Part shown: piece after piece, positions 17,666 to 27,948 of the stretch
Layout of the letters: each line of letters starts with the position of its first letter
Position numbering within the stretch: position 1 is the stretch's first letter
Origin: Clostridia bacterium
GTDB lineage: Bacteria > Bacillota > Sulfobacillia > SLMV01
Direction of reading: 5' to 3'
Assembly: GCA_003552525.1 (NCBI GenBank)
Contig: PUNF01000189.1
Coordinates: forward strand, 1-53,852
DNA length: 53,852 nt
The notes under the pieces: model-generated
Database searches by the model: none
What the model was told of the DNA's origin: nothing
The model's input: only the letters and a program-made list of their open reading frames with translations
Translations under genes and position numbers: made by a program

Positions 17666-18645
17666 GCGCGATCCCCCAGCAAGCTTCGGATACGTGCCAA
17701 TAGGATCGTCCGGGCCCGTTCCGCCGGCATATCCAGCGTACATCCCGATGCACGATCATGGCCGCCGCCGCCGAACTCGGCGGCCAGGGCACCCACGTCG
17801 ATCCGCCCGCGCGAGCGAAAGCTGACCCGCGCGGGGCCGGCACCGATGCATGTGATCACCATGGCTACTTCTACACCGTCGAGGGCGCGAAGGTGGTTGA
17901 TAATCCCCTCGGTCTCTTCCTGGCTCGCGCCAGCCCGTCGAAATGCCTCGTCATCCAAGATCACCCAGGTGACCCTTCCGTCTTCATCCACCCTCATCGC
18001 GGTCAGGGCGACACCCAAGAGCCGAAGCTCCCCCTCGGTCCGATGTTCATTTACGCGGGCGTGAATCCAATCGGGTGACGCACCGCACTCCACCATGCGG
18101 CCGGCGACGTAGAGGGCACAAGAAGTAGTGTTGGCGTAGGCGAAGAAGCCCGTATCGGTGGCGAGACCCGTATACAGGCACGAGGCGATGAACGGAGTCG
18201 GGACCAGCGAAAGTTCATCGAACCAGCGCATGAGCATCTGGGCTGTCGCCGCTGCGCCGGGGTCGGACCAGAGCCAATCGGCGCGACTATCGGCGTTGCG
18301 GTGGTGATCGATCGCGTAGATGCGCGTGTGTGCATCGATCAGGTCGGCGGAGCGGCCGACCCGATCCGTACTGCTTCCATCTACGAGCAGGAGCAGATCG
18401 AAATCGACCTCCACCTCTCCCGGATCGAGGATGGCCCGGTCCCCTTCGGAGAGGAAGTGATACTTGCGCGGAATCGGGTCAGCCGTCGTCACATAGGCGC
18501 TGGCGCCAAGGGCTTCGACCGCCCATGCAGCCGCCAGGGCCGAGCCCACGCTATCACCATCGGGCGAAAGGTGCAGCGGGACCAGTACCCGACGGGCATC
18601 ACGAATCGCTTGCGAAAGCGCAGGCTCGGGTCCGCTCACGGGCAT
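17662..18645 (-). CDS. nrnA: DHH-family phosphoesterase (NrnA-type oligoribonuclease / pAp phosphatase)
   Basis: HLSPDGDSVGSALA, LLVDGSS, AIDHH and a DHHA1 tail GGGHDRASG. GTG 18639 is an alternative start. Confidence 0.85.
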   Translation of the reverse strand: MPVSGPEPALSQAIRDARRVLVPLHLSPDGDSVGSALAAAWAVEALGASAYVTTADPIPRKYHFLSEGDRAILDPGEVEVDFDLLLLVDGSSTDRVGRSADLIDAHTRIYAIDHHRNADSRADWLWSDPGAAATAQMLMRWFDELSLVPTPFIASCLYTGLATDTGFFAYANTTSCALYVAGRMVECGASPDWIHARVNEHRTEGELRLLGVALTAMRVDEDGRVTWVILDDEAFRRAGASQEETEGIINHLRALDGVEVAMVITCIGAGPARVSFRSRGRIDVGALAAEFGGGGHDRASGCTLDMPAERARTILLARIRSLLGDRA

Positions 18646-19022
18646 TCCTCCCGGGGATCCTCCACGTCATGCTCCTCCTCGTGGATGTTTCGCAGTAGTT
18701 CTTCGATGCGCTCGGCCTTCTCGGTCGTGCGGTCCAGTTCGAATACGATCTCGGGGACGTACTTAAACCGCGTCCGTTTACCGAGCTCCCGCTTGATGTG
18801 CCCGGTCGCGTGCTGCAGTGCCTCCATCGCCTCCCACCGCTGCGATTCGTCTCCCAGGACCCGCACGAACACCTTGGCGTGGCCAAGATCCGGCGACAGG
18901 TCCACCGCCACGACGCACGCCATACCCACGCGGGGATCCTTGAGCTCACCGGCGACGATGCGACCGACGACGCGCTTGATTTCCTCCGACATCTTCCGTA
19001 CGAAGTCTTGTCCGGCCATCAT
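18636..19022 (-). CDS. rbfA: Ribosome-binding factor A
   Basis: RKMSEEIKRVVGRIVAGELKDPRVG..VDLSPDLGHAKVFV..KYVPEIVFELD. ATG ATG at 19022 lies just below the infB stop; the upstream part of the track ORF overlaps infB. Confidence 0.9.
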   Translation of the reverse strand: MMAGQDFVRKMSEEIKRVVGRIVAGELKDPRVGMACVVAVDLSPDLGHAKVFVRVLGDESQRWEAMEALQHATGHIKRELGKRTRFKYVPEIVFELDRTTEKAERIEELLRNIHEEEHDVEDPREECP

Positions 19023-19056
19023 TATCACCCGTCCAGACCGATACCGCCGGCATACG

Positions 19057-21222
19057 CTAGACGCGCGGTACCTCTTCGATCGTGTAGGCCTCGATTTCGT
19101 CTCCCACGTGAATGTCGTTGTAATTCTCGATCCCCAGGCCGCATTCGTAACCGGACGCGACTTCCCGGGCATCATCTTTAAAACGCTTCAGCGACGCGAC
19201 CTCGCCATCGTGGATTACCCGTCCTTCGCGGAGCAGGCGTACCCGCGCATTGCGGCGCATCACGCCGTCGGTCACGTATAGGCCGGCAACGTTCCCCGCA
19301 CTCGGGACGCGGAACACCTCGCGCACCTCCGCGCGGCCCAGGACGACTTCCCGTTGCTCGGGATCGAGCAGGCCCTTGGCGGCCTTGTCGACATCGTCAA
19401 GCATCTCGTAGATGACGCGGTACGTCCGGACGTCCACGCCGATCTTATCGGCCGATCGTTGTGCCCCACCGGTCGGTCGCACGTTGAAGCCGAGGACAAC
19501 GGCATCGGATGCAGACGCGAGCATGATGTCCGACTCGTTGATGGCCCCTACGCCACCGTGAATCACGCTGACGTTCACCTCATCATCGCTCAGCTGTTGT
19601 AGCGCGGTGGAGGCGGCGTCGAGCGATCCGTGTACATCGGCCTTGAGAATGAGGCGAAGTTCGCGGTACTCGTCCTCGCTACGGTAGAAATCTTCGAGCG
19701 ACTTCGGCGTTGCTTGTAGTTCCGTCTGGCGTTCCATGTTTTGCAGTTCCCCGGCCAGGCTCTTCGCCTCCGAGTCATCCGCAAGGGACACGAACACGTC
19801 ACCGGAATCGGGTACTCCACTCAAGCCAAGGACCTCGACCGGAGTGGACGGACCGGCTTCTTCCAGGGCCGCGCCACGATCATCGAACATCGCCCGCACC
19901 CGTCCCGCGTGCACTCCGGCCACGAACGCATCACCCCGGTGCAGCGTACCACCCTGAACCAGAAGGGTCGCGACGGATCCGCGAGCCTTGTCGAGTTCCG
20001 ATTCGATCACCAGTCCGTGGGCCCGCTTGTCGGGATCTGCCGTGAGTTCTTCAATTTCGGCGAGTAGGTTAATCATCTCCAGGAGTTCGTCCACGTTCTC
20101 GCCCTCGAGGGCAGAAATATCCACGTAGATCGTCTCGCCACCCCAGTCCTCGGGCACGAGCTCGTGGGCCATCAATTCCTGGCGAATCCGGTCCGGCTGT
20201 GCCCGGGGAAGGTCGACCTTGTTCACGGCAACCACGATGGGAACACCAGCCGCCTGGGCGTGATCGATGGCCTCCCGCGTTTGCGGCATCACGCCGTCAT
20301 CCGCGGCCACGACCAGGACCACGATATCCGTCGCGCGCGCACCCCGGGCCCGCATTGTGGTGAAGGCTTCGTGCCCCGGCGTGTCGAGAAATACGATCCT
20401 CTTGCCTTCGAACTCGATAGTGGAGGCCCCGATGTGCTGTGTGATGCCCCCGGACTCCTGTTCCGTCACCCGTGTCTTGCGAATGGTGTCGAGCAGTGTC
20501 GTCTTGCCATGGTCGACGTGGCCCATGACGGTGACCACCGGTGCACGGGGCAGTAGGTTATCGGGATTATCGTCTTCGATCCGTTCCGCCAACACACGGC
20601 GATGGGGATACCGTGCATCCTCGGCGTCCTCATCGGACTGCACTTCAAAATCGGCCCCGAGCTCCCGGGCGATGAGTGCCTGGCTTTCTAGGTCCAGCTC
20701 CTGGTTGATGTTGGCCATGATACCCATCCCGACGAGATGCTGCATGAGCTCGAGAGGACCCACGTTCAACTTCTCCGCCAACTGCGATACGCTGAGCGGG
20801 CCTGAGAGCACGACTTTCTCCACGCGTGCCCGGAAGGACCTGTCCTTGCGGCGATCCCGGCGACCCCGAGAACGCCGCTTCTCGGCGGCTTCGGTACCGG
20901 ACGGCTTGCGTTTGCGAGTCGTCTTGGGAGTGGCTTCTTCCTCTTCCTCCGCCTCCGGCTCCGCCTCTGCTTCGGCGGTTTCGACGGCAGCCGGAGCCCC
21001 AGATTCTTCTTCCGCAGGCGTCGCATCCGGGACCTGCGTGTCAACGGCGTCTTCGGATTCTTCCGTGACCAAATTCCTGATGCGCTCCGCCACCTGCGGG
21101 TTAATGGTCGACATGTGATTGCTGACATCCAGACCCAGCTCATCCTGTAGCAGGGTCAGGACCTCCTTGCTCTGAATATCGAGTTCCCGCGCCAACTCAT
21201 ACACGCGAATATTTCGCGCCAA
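19057..21222 (-). CDS. infB: Translation initiation factor IF-2
   Basis: Charged N-terminal region, G-domain [14 protein letters not shown] / DTPGHEAF / NKVD, and a C-terminal beta-barrel. TTG start with GGAGGTGA upstream. Confidence 0.97.
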   Translation of the reverse strand: MARNIRVYELARELDIQSKEVLTLLQDELGLDVSNHMSTINPQVAERIRNLVTEESEDAVDTQVPDATPAEEESGAPAAVETAEAEAEPEAEEEEEATPKTTRKRKPSGTEAAEKRRSRGRRDRRKDRSFRARVEKVVLSGPLSVSQLAEKLNVGPLELMQHLVGMGIMANINQELDLESQALIARELGADFEVQSDEDAEDARYPHRRVLAERIEDDNPDNLLPRAPVVTVMGHVDHGKTTLLDTIRKTRVTEQESGGITQHIGASTIEFEGKRIVFLDTPGHEAFTTMRARGARATDIVVLVVAADDGVMPQTREAIDHAQAAGVPIVVAVNKVDLPRAQPDRIRQELMAHELVPEDWGGETIYVDISALEGENVDELLEMINLLAEIEELTADPDKRAHGLVIESELDKARGSVATLLVQGGTLHRGDAFVAGVHAGRVRAMFDDRGAALEEAGPSTPVEVLGLSGVPDSGDVFVSLADDSEAKSLAGELQNMERQTELQATPKSLEDFYRSEDEYRELRLILKADVHGSLDAASTALQQLSDDEVNVSVIHGGVGAINESDIMLASASDAVVLGFNVRPTGGAQRSADKIGVDVRTYRVIYEMLDDVDKAAKGLLDPEQREVVLGRAEVREVFRVPSAGNVAGLYVTDGVMRRNARVRLLREGRVIHDGEVASLKRFKDDAREVASGYECGLGIENYNDIHVGDEIEAYTIEEVPRV

Positions 21223-21228
21223 GATCCC

Positions 21229-21546
21229 TCACCTCCGGACTTCCCCTGTATCGTTATCGATTGAATCCTCGATCCTCTCGCGTAACTCATCACGGGCTTG
21301 GGGACTGAGCACATCCATGCGCAGCGCATGCGCGATCTTGTTTCGCGAAAGGCCCGCGGTGATACACGACTCGGTGGGACATACGTAGCAGCCCCGGCCG
21401 GCCATTTTCCCGCGCGCATCGATCTCGAGGTTTCCCTCTTCAGCGGTCCGCACAATCCGTACCATGTCCCGTTTTGCCTTTCGCTCACCGCAACCCACAC
21501 AGCGTCGCAACGGTACCTTCTTCGCCACCATGCTCATACACCCCAT
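21229..21546 (-). CDS. ylxR: YlxR/RnpM family (DUF448) RNA-binding protein
   Basis: PLRRCVGCGERKAKRDMVRIV..GRGCYVC motif, positioned between nusA and infB. Confidence 0.85.
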   Translation of the reverse strand: MGCMSMVAKKVPLRRCVGCGERKAKRDMVRIVRTAEEGNLEIDARGKMAGRGCYVCPTESCITAGLSRNKIAHALRMDVLSPQARDELRERIEDSIDNDTGEVRR

Positions 21547-21564
21547 TCCCGCGGGATATGCCCG

Positions 21565-22920
21565 TCACTCCTTGTCCTTGTCTTCGTTTTCGCGCTCCCC
21601 TTCGTCATCGGGGCTGGCGTCTTGTCCCCCGGTCTCCTCGGGCTCATCGCCTGGATCCTCTTCGCCCTGGTCATCGGTGGTCTCATCGGAATCACGCCGG
21701 CCGCCGGAAAAGAGGCGGCGCACCTCGGACTCCTCATCCTCCTCCTGGTGATTCTCTCCAGACAGGCGATCGATGAGCGTGCTGGGCCGATCGTCTTCCG
21801 CATCTTCACGTCGCAGGAAGAACTCCGGTACGCGGACTTCTCCGCGATCGGTCTGCACCTTGACCCCTTCTTCCTCCTCGCCCCGTTCACGGGCTTCCGA
21901 AACGCTCTCGATGTCGATCTTCCAACCCGTGAGTCGGGCGGCAAGCCGGGCGTTTTGCCCCGCCTTGCCGATGGCGAGGGAGAGTTGGTCATCGGGAACC
22001 GTTACGCGCGCCACGCGCGTGTCCTCGTCGAGGTGAACGCGGGCAACCTTCGCCGGGCTGAGCGAATTGGCCACGTATTCTTCCTCCAGCGGCGACCAGC
22101 GCACGATGTCGACCTTCTCCCCGCGAATCTCGCGGACGACGTTTTGAATGCGGATGCCTCGTTGGCCGACGCATGCGCCGACCGGATCGATATTTGGGTC
22201 CCCCGAGCGGACCGCCACCTTGGAGCGGGCCCCCGCTTCGCGCACGATGTCCACGATTTCGACGTCGCCCTCGTGGACTTCGGGGACCTCCAGCTCCATG
22301 AGGCGCTTGACCAGCTGAGGATGCGAGCGTGACAGCACGATCTGGGGTCCCTTGGTGGTCTTGCTGACCTCGGCGATGTACAGCTTGATGCGGTCGCCTT
22401 CGCGCACGCGCTCGCCCGGGATCTGCTCCGAGGGTTCCAGGATGGCCTCCGTGGTGCCCAGATCGATGAAGACCGAACCCTGGTGAACGCGTTGCACGAG
22501 CCCGGTGATCATGTCGCCTTCCTTCTCGATGAAACTGTCGTAGACGCGATCTCGCTCGGCCTCGCGCACGCGTTGCGTGATGACCTGCTTGGCCGTTTGC
22601 GCTGCGATCCGGGCGAACCTTTCCGGCGCGATCTCGAATTCGACGCGGTCGCCGACCTCGTAGCCCGGATCCATCTGCCGCGCCTCCCCGAGCGAGATCT
22701 CGGTATCGTCGTCGGTTACCTCTTCCACGACGTGCTTGAAAGCGCTGATCCGGATCCCACCGGAATCACGATCGAGACGAACCTCGACATCCTGATCGGA
22801 GCCGTAATTCCTACGATAAGCGGACTTGACCGCCGACTCGATCGCTTCTAAGAGGGTGTCCCTATCTACCCCATACTGCTTGTTGAGCTCGTCCAGAGCA
22901 CTCATAAACTCAAAACTCAT
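21565..22920 (-). CDS. nusA: Transcription termination/antitermination factor NusA with a long acidic C-terminal tail
   Basis: N-terminal domain, S1 ([21 protein letters not shown]), KH1/KH2 ([12 protein letters not shown]; [22 protein letters not shown]), then about 100 residues of Asp/Glu-rich low complexity. Confidence 0.96.
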   Translation of the reverse strand: MSFEFMSALDELNKQYGVDRDTLLEAIESAVKSAYRRNYGSDQDVEVRLDRDSGGIRISAFKHVVEEVTDDDTEISLGEARQMDPGYEVGDRVEFEIAPERFARIAAQTAKQVITQRVREAERDRVYDSFIEKEGDMITGLVQRVHQGSVFIDLGTTEAILEPSEQIPGERVREGDRIKLYIAEVSKTTKGPQIVLSRSHPQLVKRLMELEVPEVHEGDVEIVDIVREAGARSKVAVRSGDPNIDPVGACVGQRGIRIQNVVREIRGEKVDIVRWSPLEEEYVANSLSPAKVARVHLDEDTRVARVTVPDDQLSLAIGKAGQNARLAARLTGWKIDIESVSEARERGEEEEGVKVQTDRGEVRVPEFFLRREDAEDDRPSTLIDRLSGENHQEEDEESEVRRLFSGGRRDSDETTDDQGEEDPGDEPEETGGQDASPDDEGERENEDKDKE

Positions 22921-23000
22921 CCTGTGCCCCTTCCCACGCGGGTCATTTCACGAAATCTATCCTGGCGGCTCCATCCGCGATCCCTTGATCCAACGCTGCC

Positions 23001-23474
23001 CTAGGCCTCATACACCAACTTGGTGCGGGAGATGCTGTCGCGCGGGATCCGCCGCGTCTGGTCTTCTTCCTCTAGCAGCAGATGGTCCCCTTCGATGCCC
23101 CTCAGTGTACCGTAGAACTCCTTTGTACCATCGATCGGGGCATAGGTACGAACCTGCACCTGCCGTCCACGGAATGCAGCGAATTCCCTCGGCTTCTTCA
23201 ATACGCGTTCCAGTCCGGGCGAGGAAACCTCGAGGTAGAATCCGCCCGGTAGAAAGTCTTCTTCAAAATCAAGGCGGGCACCGAGTAGGTCGCTGAACGC
23301 CTGGCATTCGCCAACAGTCGGGCCCGGGCCATCCGGATCGAATAATGCGATCTGAATTCGCGGCTTATCCTTTTTGCCGATCATCTCGATATCGATGACC
23401 TGGAGTCCCTCGGCCTCGGCGATGGGGTCTGCCATCTCGTACAATGCCTCGAGCAACTGGCGCTTACCCTTCAC
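23001..23474 (-). CDS. rimP: Ribosome maturation factor RimP
   Basis: LEVSSPGLERVLKKPREF motif. GTG 23474 is preceded by GGAAGGGAGAGG; the track ORF extends to 23513. Confidence 0.9.
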   Translation of the reverse strand: MKGKRQLLEALYEMADPIAEAEGLQVIDIEMIGKKDKPRIQIALFDPDGPGPTVGECQAFSDLLGARLDFEEDFLPGGFYLEVSSPGLERVLKKPREFAAFRGRQVQVRTYAPIDGTKEFYGTLRGIEGDHLLLEEEDQTRRIPRDSISRTKLVYEA

Positions 23475-23526
23475 GGCCCTCTCCCTTCCGCTTCTCTTCC
23501 TGATCGTCGACACCGTCCGTTAACAT

Positions 23527-23553
23527 GGAAAAGAGTGGGCGGGCACCCACTCT
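23527..23553 (-). terminator. Leader hairpin with a short U-run upstream of rimP-nusA (candidate attenuator)
   Basis: Minus strand: AGAGTGGG-tgcccg-CCCACTCT followed by TTTCC. It lies between the putative promoter (23596-23624) and the rimP start. Confidence 0.45.
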
Positions 23554-23595
23554 CGCGGCGACAATCCCAGGATTTCGCACAACGATGCTGACCTG

Positions 23596-23624
23596 AGTAT
23601 AGCATACGACAGGGGTCGGGACAA
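23596..23624 (-). promoter_or_regulatory. Putative promoter of the rimP-nusA-infB operon
   Basis: Minus strand: TTGTCC (23624..23619), 17 nt, TATACT (23601..23596). Confidence 0.45.
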
Positions 23625-23705
23625 CTCATACTGCGCCGACTGCGGACTCGCATTCGCGCGCATATCGGAGGAGGTGCAACGCGAGGTTTCGGGGGCGGTG
23701 CTGGC

Positions 23706-24590
23706 TTAGTCGCGCGGTGCCCTCGACGTCTTTGTAGATCCCGACTCACGCAATGAACGAACCAGGCGCGCCTGCTCGCCATACTCGGAGGGATGATCCA
23801 CGGGGACCTCGAGGATGAATGGAAGTGCACGAAGGGTGGGGTGGTTGACGATCCGCTCGATTCCCTCGAGACCGATTTCCCCCTCTCCCACCAGGGCGTG
23901 CCGATCCCTCCGACTGTTCAGCGGCTGTTTCGAATCGTTAAGGTGTACGACGTGTATCCGATCCACCCCGATCGTGTCCTCGATCGATTCGAGATATGCA
24001 TCCAGGCCATCGGCAGTGTGTAGTGGGTACCCCCGCGCAAAGCTGTGGCACGTATCGATACACAACCCCACGCCCGGATGCCATCCCAATCCATCCAGGA
24101 TGGTGGCCAGCTCCTTGGGCGTGCTCCCATATTCGTTGCCCTGTCCCGCCATCATCTCCAATAGCAACATCGAGCCCCGCCGGGAGGGCTCGATCGCCTC
24201 CATCACCTCATGAAGGCCCTCGATAATGCGTTTTGCTGCGCGTTCGGGGCCTTGTCCCCCGTGTGAGCCGGGGTGTAGTACCAGGTAAGGGGCAGCCAGT
24301 GCGACACACAGGGATAGGTCCTCAGCGACGCAACGACGCGCGAACTGTACCACGCGCGGTTTCGTCGACGCCAGGTTGACCGTATACGGAGTATGCATCA
24401 CGACCGGATCAAGATCCATTTCCTCCCGTGCCGCCCGATGCCGGTGCGGCTCTTCGTCCCGCAATTCCCGCTGGCGGCCGCCGCGCGGGTTACGCGTGAA
24501 ATGCTGTACACAGTTTAGGCTAAGTGCTGCTGCATTCTTCGCTGCGGCGACAAAATCACCCGAAGAAGACAGGTGGGCTCCGATGCGCAC
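23706..24590 (-). CDS. nfo: Deoxyribonuclease IV (endonuclease IV)
   Basis: VRIGAHLSSSG.., LHPGSH, LLEMMAGQGNEYG, IDTCHSFARGY and HLNDSK match the Nfo metal-site motifs. GTG 24590 is preceded by GAAGGGGGTGA; the track ORF extends to 24695. Confidence 0.9.
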   Translation of the reverse strand: MRIGAHLSSSGDFVAAAKNAAALSLNCVQHFTRNPRGGRQRELRDEEPHRHRAAREEMDLDPVVMHTPYTVNLASTKPRVVQFARRCVAEDLSLCVALAAPYLVLHPGSHGGQGPERAAKRIIEGLHEVMEAIEPSRRGSMLLLEMMAGQGNEYGSTPKELATILDGLGWHPGVGLCIDTCHSFARGYPLHTADGLDAYLESIEDTIGVDRIHVVHLNDSKQPLNSRRDRHALVGEGEIGLEGIERIVNHPTLRALPFILEVPVDHPSEYGEQARLVRSLRESGSTKTSRAPRD

Positions 24591-24757
24591 AATGTCACCC
24601 CCTTCGCCCACCATATCCCAACATGGGGAACGCGAAAAGGTTTCTGCAGGGATTGGGGCGCCGGTGGGGAATTGCACCGACGCGGTCGGTGACAAAATAC
24701 GGTTACAGTCTTACGCGCTTGCCGGTACACCGGACTCGCGAGGAAAGGATGAACCAC

Positions 24758-25702
24758 ATGGATTCCGTGCGCATTGTAGTAACGGACCCGCGACAAATCG
24801 CCCAGGTCGAAAAGCTGGCGGAGCGGGCTCCATGGGCAGATTTCGTCCCGGTCGAGGAGGAGCGGTTGCCCGATGTCATCCGCGACGCGGACATATTACT
24901 CGGGCGGATCACCCGGGAAACGCTGCGGTCGGCGGAGCAGCTACGCTGGGTCCACGTCAATTCCGCCGGAGTGAATTACTTACCGCTCGACACACTGCAG
25001 GCCAGGGGAATCTTGCTGACAAATGGGCGCGGGCTGCACGGGAATACGATCGGAGATCACGTGATGGCCCTCGTGCTCGCCCACAGCCGGGAGCTGATGC
25101 GTTTTGAGCAACGGCGGCGCGCCCGCGATTGGGATCGCGAATGCAACGTGAGAGAACTCGCCGGCGCGACCATGGGTATCGTCGGACTGGGCGGGATTGG
25201 AAGGGCAGTCGCTGCCCGTGCCCGCGCCTTCGAAATGCGCGTGGTCGGGGCGAATCGATCGGGAGCAGCGGTGGCCGGGGTCGACACAGTATATCCGATC
25301 AACCGACTCAACGAGATGCTGGCTGCAACGGACTACCTCGTGCTGGCGTGCCCCCTCACGGACGAATCCCGCAAACTCATCGGATCCGAGCAACTGCGTG
25401 CCCTTCCACGGGGAAGTCATGTCGTAAACATCGCGCGGGGCGAGGTGATCGATGAGGCGGCACTGGTCGAAGCCCTCCGCGACGGCCACATCGCCGGCGC
25501 CGGACTGGACGTTTTCGAGGAGGAACCCCTTCCTCAGGACTCACCACTGTGGGATCTGCCGGGCGTTATCCTGACACCGCACGTCGCCGGCAGACAGAGT
25601 CGCGCCGGCGCGCTGGGTGCGGAACGTTTCCTGCACAACCTGGATCGATATCGAAAGGGATGCACGCTGGACTTCCTGGTGGACTACGACAAGGGGTACT
25701 AA
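24758..25702 (+). CDS. D-isomer-specific 2-hydroxyacid dehydrogenase family, NAD(P)-binding
   Basis: GIVGLGGIGRAVAARA (Rossmann fold), NIARGEVIDEAAL and TPHVAG catalytic motifs. ATG 24758 lies 9 nt after GAGGAAAGG. Confidence 0.85.
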   Translation: MDSVRIVVTDPRQIAQVEKLAERAPWADFVPVEEERLPDVIRDADILLGRITRETLRSAEQLRWVHVNSAGVNYLPLDTLQARGILLTNGRGLHGNTIGDHVMALVLAHSRELMRFEQRRRARDWDRECNVRELAGATMGIVGLGGIGRAVAARARAFEMRVVGANRSGAAVAGVDTVYPINRLNEMLAATDYLVLACPLTDESRKLIGSEQLRALPRGSHVVNIARGEVIDEAALVEALRDGHIAGAGLDVFEEEPLPQDSPLWDLPGVILTPHVAGRQSRAGALGAERFLHNLDRYRKGCTLDFLVDYDKGY

Positions 25703-25728
25703 GGCTTGGCAGGGGAAGCCGAAGGTCT

Positions 25729-25752
25729 CCGGCGAGGTTTACACCTCGCCGG
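25729..25752 (+). terminator. Convergent-gene hairpin (terminator-like) whose loop contains the ylbF-like stop codon
   Basis: CCGGCGAGGT-ttac-ACCTCGCCGG followed by CTTCTTC. It sits between the dehydrogenase stop (25702) and the convergent gene's end. Confidence 0.4.
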
Positions 25753-26107
25753 CTTCTTCGTCGGTCAGGTCGAGGCTTATGGCCTCGGATAGTATGCCCT
25801 GCACATCGGTGATCATGCGAACCAAGCGCACTTCGGCATCGAGGTACTCGCGGACTTCTGGACGCAACTCCAGTACTTCGCGCAGTTTCCCAAGCGATTC
25901 GCGGTCTTCATCGGTCAGGTCTTCGCCGCCGAGCTGGCGCGCATGCAGCTCCAGTTGCTTCTGCCGGTAGTCATTTACCATCTCGAGCGCCTTCTCGTCG
26001 GCCATCACCCTGTCCCGGGCGGCCAGGTAGCGTTGGTTCTCTTCCGATTCGGCAAGGGCACGGGCCAGTTGATGGGCCTGATCATATACGTTTACGTTCG
26101 TCAACAC
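25739..26107 (-). CDS. YlbF/YmcA (UPF0342) family regulatory protein
   Basis: About 120 aa, helical and acidic: VYDQAHQLARALAESEENQRYLAARDRVMADEKALEMVNDYRQKQ, the pattern of the YlbF/YheA family. GTG 26107 / TTG 26104 follow GGGGGTG; the rest of the track ORF is Arg/Pro-rich. Confidence 0.62.
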   Translation of the reverse strand: MLTNVNVYDQAHQLARALAESEENQRYLAARDRVMADEKALEMVNDYRQKQLELHARQLGGEDLTDEDRESLGKLREVLELRPEVREYLDAEVRLVRMITDVQGILSEAISLDLTDEEAGEV

Positions 26108-26168
26108 GTACACCCCCACTAATTCGTTGCATGGGATCCCTATGCGTCCGCCGGGGCATTTCGGGCTC

Positions 26169-26627
26169 CTAACGCGCTGGCGGGGCCAGGTATGCCCCCT
26201 CGGCCTCGGCGAGGTACAAATCTTCCGGCGCCCCTTCGGGCAAGAGGAAGGCCCGCGTCCGGTGCAGCCGGCCGCGATGCGTGACCAATTCGGCACGTGT
26301 CACCAGCGGTTCCCCCACCGGTACGGGGTTGTGGTATCGCACCTTCATTTCGGCCGTCATCGTGGCACAGCCGCGCGTACGATACACGGCCCACCACATG
26401 GCGTCATCCAATATTGCTGCGACGGTTCCACCGTGGGCGATCCCGTCGAACCCCTGAAAGTGCGCCGGCACCGTCACCGTTGCACGCACCCCACCCTCGG
26501 TGTTTTCGAAGCGCATCCCCAACCCCCTCGGGTTGTCCTGCCCACAGATCACACAACCCGAGGACATCACTTCACCGGTCGCATCGACCAGTCGGGGGCG
26601 TCGCGCGCCACGGGAGCACTCAGTCAT
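26169..26627 (-). CDS. PaaI-family hotdog-fold thioesterase
   Basis: CVICGQDNPRGLGMRF.. and GIAHGGTVAAILDDAM motifs. The start overlaps the mtaD stop by 8 nt. Confidence 0.75.
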   Translation of the reverse strand: MTECSRGARRPRLVDATGEVMSSGCVICGQDNPRGLGMRFENTEGGVRATVTVPAHFQGFDGIAHGGTVAAILDDAMWWAVYRTRGCATMTAEMKVRYHNPVPVGEPLVTRAELVTHRGRLHRTRAFLLPEGAPEDLYLAEAEGAYLAPPAR

Positions 26628-27936
26628 CGGTTCCCACCCTCTCCGCCATGTCCGCCGCGGCGCTGCGGGCGAGCCGAGTGATATCTCGTTCGTCGGCGCT
26701 CAGCAGACGGCCATCCTTTACCACCGGGTTTCCATCGACAAATACCCGCTGCACATCGGCGGTACCGGCGCAGTACGCGAGCAGTGACAGCGGATCATGT
26801 TCGGGCACCATGGCGGTCCGATCACGGGAAACGACGATGATGTCCGCCCGGAAACCCGGCGACAGCTCCCCCACGTCTTCGAGACCCAAGGCCCGCGCGC
26901 CTCCCCGGGTTGCCATAAACAGCAGGCGTTCGGCCGGAAGTGCGGTGGCATCATCGTGCTTGACCTTCTGCAGGTACCCGGCAAACCGCATCTCCTCCCA
27001 CATATCCAGCGTTGCCGCGCTGGCTGCACCGTCTGTACCGAGTCCCACCGTCACGCCCGCGTCCAACATCTCCACGACCGGGGCAATGCCGCAGGCCAGG
27101 CGAAGATTGCTGCGGGGGCAATGCACGACCGAAGCTTCGCATCGCCGGAGGATCTCCATGCTCTGCGCGTCAAGGTGCACTCCGTGCGCGGCCGTGACGG
27201 GGACGTCGAGGATTCCCGCCTCCCGTAAGTAGTTCGTGGGATCCTTGCCGTAATCGCGCCGCATATCCCGTACCTCACCCGATGTCTCCGCGAGATGGGT
27301 GTGAATCCCGACCCCGAGCTCACGGGCGAGGTCCGCGACCGCTCGAAGATGGTGCGGTGGACATGTATAGGGGGCGTGCGGTCCAAGCTGGGTACGTATC
27401 CGGCCATCGGCGGCACCATGCCAGGTGCGGACAAAATCCCGGGAGACCCGCAAGTCCCGCTCGAGCTGGTCTTTCATACCTATCAGGCCCTGGGATAGCA
27501 CTGCGCGGATCCCAAGCTGTCGGCACACCTCCGCCACGGTAGGCATGGGGAAATACATGTCCGCCATGCACGTGGTCCCACCCCCGAGCATTTCGGCGAC
27601 CGCCAGGGCAGTCCCCGCGGCGATATCCTCGGGAGTCATGACCGCCTCTATGGGCCAGATGCGCTGTTGGAGCCACGGCATTAGCGGCATGTCGTCCGCG
27701 TATCCGCGCAACAGCGACATCGCTGCGTGCCCGTGGGCATTCACGAGACCCGGCATCACGTATTGACCCGATACGTCAATGACATCGGGATCGAAGTCTT
27801 CGGGAAGAACGCCTCCATCGCCTGCGGCCAGGATAATCCCCGATCGCATGGCGAGATCGCCCGGCTCTGCACGAACGGTACCCGGTGTTTCACCCGGGAG
27901 TATAAGCGTGCCACCCTTCAGAATCGTCTCCGACAT
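26620..27936 (-). CDS. mtaD: 5-methylthioadenosine / S-adenosylhomocysteine deaminase
   Basis: MPGLVNAHGHAAMSLLRGYADD, HTHLAETSGEV and GLGTDGAASA motifs of the MtaD/SsnA amidohydrolase subgroup; 438 aa. Confidence 0.85.
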   Translation of the reverse strand: MSETILKGGTLILPGETPGTVRAEPGDLAMRSGIILAAGDGGVLPEDFDPDVIDVSGQYVMPGLVNAHGHAAMSLLRGYADDMPLMPWLQQRIWPIEAVMTPEDIAAGTALAVAEMLGGGTTCMADMYFPMPTVAEVCRQLGIRAVLSQGLIGMKDQLERDLRVSRDFVRTWHGAADGRIRTQLGPHAPYTCPPHHLRAVADLARELGVGIHTHLAETSGEVRDMRRDYGKDPTNYLREAGILDVPVTAAHGVHLDAQSMEILRRCEASVVHCPRSNLRLACGIAPVVEMLDAGVTVGLGTDGAASAATLDMWEEMRFAGYLQKVKHDDATALPAERLLFMATRGGARALGLEDVGELSPGFRADIIVVSRDRTAMVPEHDPLSLLAYCAGTADVQRVFVDGNPVVKDGRLLSADERDITRLARSAAADMAERVGTDD

Positions 27937-27948
27937 GGTACCGGCCTC

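Noticed and set aside
18301-19281. 326-aa plus-strand ORF
   Set aside because: It is antisense to nrnA, rbfA and infB, is Ser/Arg-rich, and has no SD.
21298-22332. 344-aa plus-strand ORF
   Set aside because: It is antisense to nusA and ylxR, so it is a shadow ORF.
26297-27232. 311-aa plus-strand ORF
   Set aside because: It is antisense to mtaD and the thioesterase gene, so it is a shadow ORF.
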